Shown: positions 56,791 to 64,000 of the stretch, one piece after another
How positions within the stretch are numbered: position 1 is the first letter of the stretch
Layout: every line of letters begins with the position of its first letter
Assembly: GCA_016188495.1 (NCBI GenBank)
Contig: JACPHU010000028.1
Span: forward strand, 38,325 to 102,324
Length of the DNA stretch: 64,000 nucleotides
Source: Candidatus Uhrbacteria bacterium
Lineage (GTDB): Bacteria > Patescibacteriota > Patescibacteriia > UBA9934 > GWF2-40-263
Direction of reading: 5' to 3'
The notes under the pieces: generated by a model
Databases searched by the model: none
Told to the model about the DNA's origin: nothing
Seen by the model: the letters and a program-made list of their open reading frames with translations, nothing else
Translations under genes and position numbers: made by a program

Positions 56791-57264
56791 TTAGACTAGA
56801 AAAACATCAATGAGAGCAAAAATCACACCGAGAATCACGAACGTAATCTGTAGATAGGTGGTTGCTTCAACGGACGTTTTTGAGAGATCAGAAAGTTCGT
56901 TCAAAATCTCTTTTGCATCGGAAATTGCCTCTGGGTCTTCGTGATTCACACTGAACCACTTCCACACATCAGTAGCCTTGGTTAACAAAAATCCATGCTT
57001 TCTAAAATATGTACGGTCGATCATCATTTGAACTCCACCAAAGACTACAGACATCCCAAAAAAGATTAGACCCCACTTTGAATATAAAAGATCATGCACC
57101 CCACCATCACTAACTATTCGAGTGGCGGCAAGACCTCCAATAGCAAAAGCAATCTTTATCAGTAAGTCTGAAAACTTAAACGCTTGAGCATTCGCCTCGT
57201 GAAGGGATTCTCTTGCGGCAGATTCGAGAGTTTCGGCATTTCTGATTATAAGCTCCTTGTCCAT
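56791..57264 (-). CDS. Hypothetical 3-TM membrane protein within the RM operon
   Basis: 157 aa, hydrophobic helices, tight operon spacing. Confidence 0.75.
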   Translation of the reverse strand: MDKELIIRNAETLESAARESLHEANAQAFKFSDLLIKIAFAIGGLAATRIVSDGGVHDLLYSKWGLIFFGMSVVFGGVQMMIDRTYFRKHGFLLTKATDVWKWFSVNHEDPEAISDAKEILNELSDLSKTSVEATTYLQITFVILGVIFALIDVFLV

Positions 57265-57265
57265 A

Positions 57266-57412
57266 CTATTTTTTGTCCTCTATTTTAGGAGGAATAGGAG
57301 GTTTGGAATCCTGTTTGAAAGGAAACAACGAGACTGGAACGCCATCTGATTTTTGACTCGTCTTTGGATTACGCACCTCAATAAGTTTTTTTGTTTCCGC
57401 TTTCTTATCCAT
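57266..57412 (-). CDS. 48-aa basic/Pro-rich peptide
   Basis: MDKKAETKKLIEVRNPKTSQKSDGVPVSLFPFKQDSKPPIPPKIEDKK*, exactly fills the gap between neighbours. Confidence 0.5.
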   Translation of the reverse strand: MDKKAETKKLIEVRNPKTSQKSDGVPVSLFPFKQDSKPPIPPKIEDKK

Positions 57413-57424
57413 ACTGTGTGGAGA

Positions 57425-58207
57425 CTATGTTTTTGACTTTATCGTTTGATTTATTTTATCGAGTTCTTTCTTAACTTGTGCGTCTTTCTCTGACTTTTGC
57501 TTGATTTCAATTTTTTGATCCAAGATCAGTTCAATAGAGAGTCTAATTGGAGAAAAATACTCAAGACACTCTTCCTCTGTCAGCTCATGGACTCCTTTGC
57601 TTAGAATTCCGTAGACAGATTTCATTTGTACTAATTGACTCGGGAGCACAGTTTTCAGAGCGTCCACCTTTTCTTCCATTCGCTTTCTAAGAAAAATAAC
57701 GTCATCAAGACCGAGTGCTGATTTGTTAGCTTTATAAGTTTCAATGATAAGATTTTCAAATATTCTCCGAAGGTAGACAAAAGACCCAGCCCCTACACCA
57801 TGTGCCCTCAAACCAATCGCTTTTTTGTAATTTCTCAAGTCTTCTTCTGAAAGAAGCTTGTCGTATCGCTTACCGATCTCAGCAAATTGGATATCGGCTA
57901 GTGATGGAAACTGCCCCACCTTCATTATCCTTCCACCCTCAAGATCAACGATGAAGAATCTTAATATTGTTGGACCATCACGTTTGCAGGAAAGAGCGAC
58001 ACGTCTAAAAGATTCCCACCCATGGTAATCGTTAACCGTACTTGCACTAATTTCGTAAGTTGTATCGAACCCATCCAAAGAGTTATAGGCGTTGACTGTG
58101 CCTGAATAGATATTGCCTTGTATCTCAGCTTTCGTTACTGGTTCATAAAGCGCGATCTCAAAATAGAATTCGTGCTTGGATATTTTCTTTTCTTCTTCTT
58201 CATCCAT
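57425..58207 (-). CDS. DUF4145/HEPN-like protein
   Basis: KKAIGL..G.G.GSFVYLRRIFE..LSKGVH helical C-terminal domain. Confidence 0.6.
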   Translation of the reverse strand: MDEEEEKKISKHEFYFEIALYEPVTKAEIQGNIYSGTVNAYNSLDGFDTTYEISASTVNDYHGWESFRRVALSCKRDGPTILRFFIVDLEGGRIMKVGQFPSLADIQFAEIGKRYDKLLSEEDLRNYKKAIGLRAHGVGAGSFVYLRRIFENLIIETYKANKSALGLDDVIFLRKRMEEKVDALKTVLPSQLVQMKSVYGILSKGVHELTEEECLEYFSPIRLSIELILDQKIEIKQKSEKDAQVKKELDKINQTIKSKT

Positions 58208-58212
58208 ACGTA

Positions 58213-59724
58213 TTATTTGATGCCGAGCTGTTTTAAGTACTCGCTCATCTCTTTTTCGAGTTTCTGCAATTCTGGCTCAAGAGCAGCGAGTTCCTTAAGG
58301 TTTGCAGAAATATCAATCTCACCCTCCTCTTCGAAGGTGTCCACGTAGCGGGTGATGTTCAGGTTGTAATCGTTTTCCTTAATTTCATCTAAAGAAATGA
58401 GCCGAGAAAACTTTTCAACCTCTTTGCGATCAGCGTAAGTGTTTACAATTTTGTCCGTGTTTTCATCTGTAAGAATATTCTGCTTCTTGCCAGACTTGAA
58501 TTCCTTGGACGCTTCAATGAAGAGAACGTCTTTGCGGTTTTCGTTTGCTCCGCCTTTTTCGCGGGAACGGTCGAGAATAAGAATGGCGACAGGAATTCCC
58601 GTTGTTTGGAACAGGCTCGCTGGGAGACCGATCACGGCATCAATCATGTTTTCCTCAATGAGTGCTTGGCGAATGCGACCTTCGGCACCGCTTCGGAAAA
58701 GCACACCGTGCGGAACGATAACTGCGACACGTCCAGTCTTTGGTTTCGCAGTCTCAACCATATGCGTAATAAACGCATAGTCGCCTTTTTCGCCTGGTGG
58801 GATACCACGGTGGAAACGCTTGTACTTATCGCCCTCGGCATTCTCCGCACCCCATTTTTTCAAGCTAAAGGGTGGGTTTGCTACAACCACGTCAAACTTC
58901 ATCAAGTGGTCATTCTCAACCAAGAGTGGATTGTTCAAGGTATCACCCCATTCAAGACGTGCGGTGTCCTTGCCGTGCAAGAACATGTTCATCTGGGCGA
59001 GGTGGTACGTTGAACCCGTGCTTTCCTGTCCATACAACGCATAGTTCTTCGATCCCTGCTTTTCAACCTCAGCACCAGCCAAGAGCAGGAGACCACCTGA
59101 ACCCATCGCAGGGTCGCAAATGCGATCGCCCTCCTTTGGTTGTGCGAGACGAGCAAGAAGTCGAGCTACAGGAGTCGGAGTGAAAAATTCACCCGCTTTT
59201 TTACCTGCGTCCGCTCCGAACTTCTCAATCATGTACATGTATGAGTTACCAATGATGTCCTCATTGGTTTCAGACAAGTCAATTTTGTGAAAATCCTGAA
59301 TAAGATGACGGAGCATCTTATTACGTTGTTCTAGCTTGCCGAGCGTTGATTCCGAGTTGAAGTCCACACTGAAGACTCCTTCGAGCTTCGAGCGGTTTTC
59401 CTCTTCGATGCGATGGAATACTTTGTTTAGCTCTTCGCCGATATTGTCCTGTTCATGGATGCTATAGATGTAGTCGAAGGTTGTCTTCGGGGGGAGATAG
59501 AAACGATCAAGCTTCATCTTTTCCTGAATCCGAGCCTCGTCGCTCCCAAAACGTTCCTTGTTTTTCTCATACTGTTTCTTGGAACGGTCGCTCAAGTATT
59601 TAAAGAAGAGCATTGTCAGAACATAGTCCTTGTAAACACCCGCATCAACGGACGTTCGTGACGAGTCCGCGGCCGACCAAAGAACTTTATTGAGGTCGTC
59701 TTGTGAAAATGGTTTGTTGGTCAT
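58213..59724 (-). CDS. hsdM: Type I RM methyltransferase subunit
   Basis: GEFFTP, DPAMGSGG, ANPPF, HGVLFR, NDYNLNITRY. Confidence 0.97.
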   Translation of the reverse strand: MTNKPFSQDDLNKVLWSAADSSRTSVDAGVYKDYVLTMLFFKYLSDRSKKQYEKNKERFGSDEARIQEKMKLDRFYLPPKTTFDYIYSIHEQDNIGEELNKVFHRIEEENRSKLEGVFSVDFNSESTLGKLEQRNKMLRHLIQDFHKIDLSETNEDIIGNSYMYMIEKFGADAGKKAGEFFTPTPVARLLARLAQPKEGDRICDPAMGSGGLLLLAGAEVEKQGSKNYALYGQESTGSTYHLAQMNMFLHGKDTARLEWGDTLNNPLLVENDHLMKFDVVVANPPFSLKKWGAENAEGDKYKRFHRGIPPGEKGDYAFITHMVETAKPKTGRVAVIVPHGVLFRSGAEGRIRQALIEENMIDAVIGLPASLFQTTGIPVAILILDRSREKGGANENRKDVLFIEASKEFKSGKKQNILTDENTDKIVNTYADRKEVEKFSRLISLDEIKENDYNLNITRYVDTFEEEGEIDISANLKELAALEPELQKLEKEMSEYLKQLGIK

Positions 59725-59729
59725 ACGAG

Positions 59730-60311
59730 TTATTCGGATTTTTTGATAACGATTGAAGAGATGAGTTCGTTGAGCAGGGAGTCGCGTTGCTGGAGTAACT
59801 TTTGTTGAGAAATAACATTGCGGACGAGTTCGACGATGGTGCGTTGCGTTTCGATTGGAGGAACAGGTATCTCTAGTAATGAAAGGTTTTTGGTGAGGAT
59901 GGTTCGGATCGTTGATCCTGACGCGATGCGTTGGAGCTGTTGCTGTCCTTTTGGGGTATTGAGATAGGCACAGACAAATTCGGGAAGAACGTCATCGCGG
60001 TTCACTCGAATGATATGGAGTGACGATGATGCTATGAGGGGAAATCGTTTCTCGTTCACAAACGCAGCTTTGAACCCTCCGCTTGATGTGCCACGCGAGA
60101 CAAGTAGAACATCACCCTTTGACACCATGACCGAATCCGCACGACCGATCACCTTGATTCGTTTGAGACCGTTCTCATCGGCAATCGACCCGTTACCCAG
60201 AAGGTTTGCCGCTTGTACAACCCTTGTGTCTCCATTCGGATCTTGCGGGATCGATCCCCGAAAGCTGAATCCTGTTGAAATAGTTGAAATTTCTTCTAGT
60301 GTTTTATTCAC
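59730..60311 (-). CDS. Half-size (single-TRD) HsdS-like protein
   Basis: GDVLLVSRG, LPEFV.AYLN, IPVPPIETQ; GTG 60311 chosen because a promoter lies at 60340-60368. Confidence 0.8.
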   Translation of the reverse strand: MNKTLEEISTISTGFSFRGSIPQDPNGDTRVVQAANLLGNGSIADENGLKRIKVIGRADSVMVSKGDVLLVSRGTSSGGFKAAFVNEKRFPLIASSSLHIIRVNRDDVLPEFVCAYLNTPKGQQQLQRIASGSTIRTILTKNLSLLEIPVPPIETQRTIVELVRNVISQQKLLQQRDSLLNELISSIVIKKSE

Positions 60312-60339
60312 AAGTAAGTCGTTACTGTTTGATAAAGCG

Positions 60340-60368
60340 ACGATACTCCCCCTTGTATTAAGAGTCAA
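60340..60368 (-). promoter_or_regulatory. RM operon promoter TTGACT-17-TATCGT
   Basis: Hexamers and spacing upstream of GTG 60311. Confidence 0.55.
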
Positions 60369-60507
60369 GTTTTTACTTGTACACATCCTCCTACTGCATA
60401 TTTATATTTACCAAGTGGTCACACAGACCTCAGTTTTTCCAATAAAGTGGCAGAAGAAGTAGTCAAAACTGACTTTACTTTGGGGTGTTTGTAAGCTATT
60501 CTAGCCC

Positions 60508-60620
60508 TGACGAAACCCAACCTCCTTACAGGGGATTTTTTCCTTACCGGATCGCACGCATTGAACGGCATCCGGTTAAAACAATTCTCGTACGATCCGT
60601 ACGGGGGTTGGGTTTCGTCA
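60508..60620. repeat. 22 bp imperfect inverted repeat enclosing an inner hairpin
   Basis: TGACGAAACCCAACCTCCTTAC / GTACGGGGGTTGGGTTTCGTCA (20/22). Confidence 0.8.
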
Positions 60621-60686
60621 CCACCGGGTGTCGTTTTTGTTTTAGCGGCATATGTGTGGACATTACTCTTCACCCCAAACAATCGT

Positions 60687-61739
60687 ATGGCCATCATCAT
60701 TTCATCCAACGGCGGGAAAGCCGTGAAGATAGAAAAATCCTCCTTTGAGAAAGAGGATTATCTACAGCAATACATCTACGAGAATCCGGAGAGCATTCCT
60801 TTGTATGAAATCAAGGAAGACATCCGTCTGCTCATTCTCGCACGCGAGTTTCCTACCAACAGTGGTCCCATCGATGCGATCGGCATTGATAAGTATGGGG
60901 AGCTCTACATTGTTGAAACGAAGCTCTATGCAAATGCAGACAAGAGAAGGGTCATTGCCCAATCGCTTGATTACGGCGCGGCACTCTGGAAACACTCCAA
61001 CGATTTCAATGAATTTTTGAAGATCTTAGATCAGCACACACAGAAGGTATTCAAGCTCCGGACAACGGAAAAAATCAGTGAGTTTTTCGAGCTTGAAACG
61101 GAAGACGTTGATGCAATCTTTGAGAAAGTTCGTGACAATCTCAATAACGGCGTCTTTCATTTCGTCGTCCTCATGGACAAACTCGACGACAGGCTCAAGG
61201 ATCTTATTTTGTACGTGAATCAAAATAGCCAGTTTGATGTCTACGCGGTTGAATTTGAATACTACAAACACGATACGTACGAGATCATCATTCCAAAACT
61301 ATTCGGCACGGAAGTAAAGAAGGATATTGCCGTATCCACATCAGGCATCACACGCAGAAAATGGACGGAGGAACTGATGCTTCAGGATGCAAAACAAAGG
61401 CTCTCTCCAGATGAATTCAAAGGCTTTGAGCAGATCTATGCCTTTTCAAAACAACACGCCAGCGAAATTCGTTTCGGAACAGGTGCCTATGGAACGTTCA
61501 TCCCTATTTTTGGAACGATCTGCGAACGGTCGTTGTTCACTCTTTCAACGGACAAGAGACTTATATTCAATTTCGAATGGATGGAGAAACGGCTCGCCGA
61601 GCTATTCAAAGAAAAATTGGAAACGATCGGCTTCTCATTTTTAGAGAATTATAAAGAATCCAAACCAAGCGTTCTCCCAGAGGAATGGTTGCCAAAGACC
61701 TCTCCGTTTCTTCATGTTATCGAGGAACTTTTGTCTTAA
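60687..61739 (+). CDS. NucS-like PD-(D/E)XK nuclease protein
   Basis: E..LQ.YI..NP, REF..GPIDAIGID..LYIVETKL..R.VIAQ.LDY. Confidence 0.78.
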   Translation: MAIIISSNGGKAVKIEKSSFEKEDYLQQYIYENPESIPLYEIKEDIRLLILAREFPTNSGPIDAIGIDKYGELYIVETKLYANADKRRVIAQSLDYGAALWKHSNDFNEFLKILDQHTQKVFKLRTTEKISEFFELETEDVDAIFEKVRDNLNNGVFHFVVLMDKLDDRLKDLILYVNQNSQFDVYAVEFEYYKHDTYEIIIPKLFGTEVKKDIAVSTSGITRRKWTEELMLQDAKQRLSPDEFKGFEQIYAFSKQHASEIRFGTGAYGTFIPIFGTICERSLFTLSTDKRLIFNFEWMEKRLAELFKEKLETIGFSFLENYKESKPSVLPEEWLPKTSPFLHVIEELLS

Positions 61740-61802
61740 ATTCATAAATCAAGATACGATTGGCTACTGCGATCGTATTTTTTAAATCACTCACTTCATT
61801 TC

Positions 61803-62408
61803 ATGGACACCGAAAAGTTATACGTTCGAAAACAAGCCATTAAACTTTCGGGAGGAGAGCGTTTTTCAATTCATAAGGTAAAAGCGCCTACTGTTTTAGA
61901 TTTTTGGCAGTATGGATTCTCGAATCTTAACTCCAACGTCTTGCGCGGAGCACTGGCTGAATTTCTTGTTGAGTGTGCTCTTAAAGAACTGGATGCAATC
62001 GAGATTCGCAATCCGTGGGGGGATTACGATGTTGAGTACAACGGCAAAAAAATTGAAGTGAAGTCCTGTTCGTATCTTCAAGACTGGGATCAACCAAAAC
62101 TTTCCGTCATCAGGTGGGCGGGGCTTAAAGCGAAGTCGCTTTATTGGTCCTCTGCCGTTGGTGATTTTCAGAAGAATGAACAGAAGGAGTACAAGTCAGA
62201 CATTTACGTACTCGCACTTTTAAACCACATGGAGACAGAAACTCTAGATATTCTAGATTTGAATCAATGGTGTTTCTACGTTCTCTCAAAGGAGACACTC
62301 AAGGTCATTTCCCGTGATAAAAGCGCGGTCTCGCTGTCGACGCTACAAAAACACAATGTTGAACCCGTTGGGTTTGATGCATTGAAAACAAAGATCGAAT
62401 CGCTCTAG
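61803..62408 (+). CDS. Restriction-endonuclease-like PD-(D/E)XK protein
   Basis: RGALAEFLV..WGDYDV..KIEVKS. Confidence 0.72.
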   Translation: MDTEKLYVRKQAIKLSGGERFSIHKVKAPTVLDFWQYGFSNLNSNVLRGALAEFLVECALKELDAIEIRNPWGDYDVEYNGKKIEVKSCSYLQDWDQPKLSVIRWAGLKAKSLYWSSAVGDFQKNEQKEYKSDIYVLALLNHMETETLDILDLNQWCFYVLSKETLKVISRDKSAVSLSTLQKHNVEPVGFDALKTKIESL

Positions 62409-62905
62409 TCTTTTTCTTCCTCAGACAGATCATGTTCTGATTCATAATCTTCGTTTCGTTCATCCTCCTCTTCTATTACATGATCGATGCCCGCCGCATT
62501 GGCCATTTGTTTCATCATCTCCTCTGTCAATACAGACTCTGACTCGGACAAACCTTTATTGTTTTCACGATAGCGCTTGTGATTATTAGACAGGTAGTAT
62601 TTTTGTGCCTGCACGCTTCCATCGCGAGCTTTTCCAAGAAGAGCGAGCTCAACATTGTCTGCCGTTTTTTCAATCCCACGCCCAATCGCTTCGTCGGCTT
62701 CTATCGTAAAAACCTCATCGTCTGCTCTCCAGCGGCTATAGGTTGAACGGTTGATTCCGATCCGCGAAAGGGCTGCACCAATGTTGGGTGCTTCCTCGAG
62801 GTACTCAAGAAGTTTGGTTTTTTGAGCGCTCTGTCTTTTCTCTATGGTTTCTGCTTTTTTCTTCGCACCACGCTGTCCTTTTGAGAGTTTCTTTTTGATT
62901 GCCAT
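62405..62905 (-). CDS. HTH protein, terminase small subunit-like (phBC6A51-like)
   Basis: IGAAL..IGINRSTY.RW..DD..F, VE.ALL.KA.DG.V.AQKYYL. Confidence 0.65.
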   Translation of the reverse strand: MAIKKKLSKGQRGAKKKAETIEKRQSAQKTKLLEYLEEAPNIGAALSRIGINRSTYSRWRADDEVFTIEADEAIGRGIEKTADNVELALLGKARDGSVQAQKYYLSNNHKRYRENNKGLSESESVLTEEMMKQMANAAGIDHVIEEEDERNEDYESEHDLSEEEKD

Positions 62906-62919
62906 AGAGCACGAACCTT

Positions 62920-63696
62920 TCAAGTCTTATACACCGCAAGGGAGCCGGTCTTTTTCTCCCATCGGTCGATTATGCTCTGACAATACTCAGGATCAATTTC
63001 AATCCCCACACAAACACGCCTTACAACATCACACGCAAACAAGCATGTTCCAGACCCAAGAAAGCCATCGTAGACGATATCTCCAGAGGACGAACTGTTA
63101 AGGATGAGTCGTTGAATGAGATTGATCGGCTTGGTGGTTGGATGGTTGGAACTCTTCCTCGGCTTTGGACAAATGAGAAGCGACTTGTCCGTTGGTTTGT
63201 AGAATGTATGTGTTCCATACCATCCGTAGGCAACCAGTTCGTGTTGTGGAGCATAATCAAGTCTTGCCATCGTTGCTGAAGTTTTGACCCAAATGAGCAG
63301 TTGAGAAAATTTGAACATCTCAGCCAGAATTGCCTGGTGCAAAGACCAGATCATTTTGTCTGAGTTGAAGATGTAGTACGTATTCTTGTCAGTGAGATGT
63401 GGCTTTACGGCACTCAACCATTCTTGCATGAAGGATTGGTACTCCTCATCACTTTGGAGATGGTCTGCTTCTATCACCTTATTTTTAGACAGTGTTTTGA
63501 ATCCACGTGCTCCTTCAACCAGAGCAACGCCGTATGGGGGATCTGTGCAGATAAGAGATACTTTTTTGTCCTGAAGAACCTGCGCAACAAACTGCTTGTC
63601 GCGTGAATCTCCACAACCAAGCGCGTGAGCACCAAGCATCACAATGTCTCCTTTTTTAATCAATCTTTTTTGCTTTTTTGTTTGTGAGTTGTTCAT
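62920..63696 (-). CDS. DNA N4/N6 methyltransferase (phage-like, beta class)
   Basis: CGDS, TDPPY, HPTTKP, DGFLGSGT, GIEIDP. Confidence 0.92.
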   Translation of the reverse strand: MNNSQTKKQKRLIKKGDIVMLGAHALGCGDSRDKQFVAQVLQDKKVSLICTDPPYGVALVEGARGFKTLSKNKVIEADHLQSDEEYQSFMQEWLSAVKPHLTDKNTYYIFNSDKMIWSLHQAILAEMFKFSQLLIWVKTSATMARLDYAPQHELVAYGWYGTHTFYKPTDKSLLICPKPRKSSNHPTTKPINLIQRLILNSSSSGDIVYDGFLGSGTCLFACDVVRRVCVGIEIDPEYCQSIIDRWEKKTGSLAVYKT

Positions 63697-64000
63697 ATCG
63701 ATGAATAATAAGTTGAGTAAAGATGGGTTCGATTTCACACAGTCGGGCAACTCGATTCATCTGCTCGCAGGCGATGAGCAAACTGCCCGAGCCTGCGGTC
63801 ATGTCTAAAACAACATCGCCTGATTTTGTGCATCGTCGCAGGAATTTTTCGTAGAGAGCTGGAGGCTTTTGTGTGGGATGTTCGTACTCTTGTCCCGGTA
63901 GTCGACCCACCAGCCAGATGTTAAACAAATCCACAATGTCTGATATTTGTCGGCTTCCCGTTCCAACCTCTTTGTTCATGACTTCCGTAAGATTCGTGAC
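63656..64000 (-). CDS. DNA methyltransferase, C-terminal part (5' end outside window)
   Basis: HPTQKP, DMTAGSGS, CEIEP. Confidence 0.85.
   Translation of the reverse strand, partial: VTNLTEVMNKEVGTGSRQISDIVDLFNIWLVGRLPGQEYEHPTQKPPALYEKFLRRCTKSGDVVLDMTAGSGSLLIACEQMNRVARLCEIEPIFTQLIIHRYEQLTNKKAKKID

Larger units (their letters stand above)
47089..64000. mobile_element. Integrated element/defence island downstream of tRNA-Asp (continues past window end)
   Basis: Large serine recombinase, type I RM, nucleases, phage-like methylases and HTH; att sites not identified. Confidence 0.75.

Noticed and set aside
47089-64000. Complete prophage or defined attL/attR
   Set aside because: No structural genes in the window and no duplicated tRNA-Asp 3' end seen; boundaries cannot be set

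Overview
This is a bacterial chromosome segment. Its gene content and style fit a Patescibacteria/CPR genome (Parcubacteria, Uhrbacteria-like); this is inference from a compact core gene set mostly lacking Shine-Dalgarno sites, pilin-anchored giant Cys-rich proteins and a CPR-type serine recombinase. There are five blocks. (1) 1-11.6 kb core: rpmA, NifU-like, mraY-ftsW-murG, tRNA-Lys, P-type ATPase, translin-like, murD, with small self-contained accessory genes interspersed. (2) 11.6-23.7 kb accessory array of mostly + strand genes with strong SD sites: DEDD exonuclease, TIR-like gene, an apparently split HrpA/B-like helicase, DHH-like proteins and hypotheticals. Their spacers are full of structured repeats, including three successive pairs of direct repeats that each bracket a gene block. 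(3) 23.8-38.8 kb surface locus with a ~3,400 aa pilin/Ig/Cys-rich/vWA protein and three Ca-binding membrane proteins. (4) 38.8-47.1 kb core: ybeY, dgkA, ftsA, ftsZ, nrdR, HtrA, pyk, a GNAT gene behind a complete Trp attenuator, tRNA-Asp. (5) 47.1-64 kb integrated defence/mobile element: serine recombinase, type I RM with intercalated accessory genes, four PD-(D/E)XK nucleases, DNA methylases. The top findings are a ~130 bp palindromic element (4 copies, one inserted in frame in the ATPase), the direct-repeat-bracketed cassette array, and a WWR leader-peptide attenuator upstream of a non-trp gene. All family assignments come from reading motifs by eye; no searches were run.
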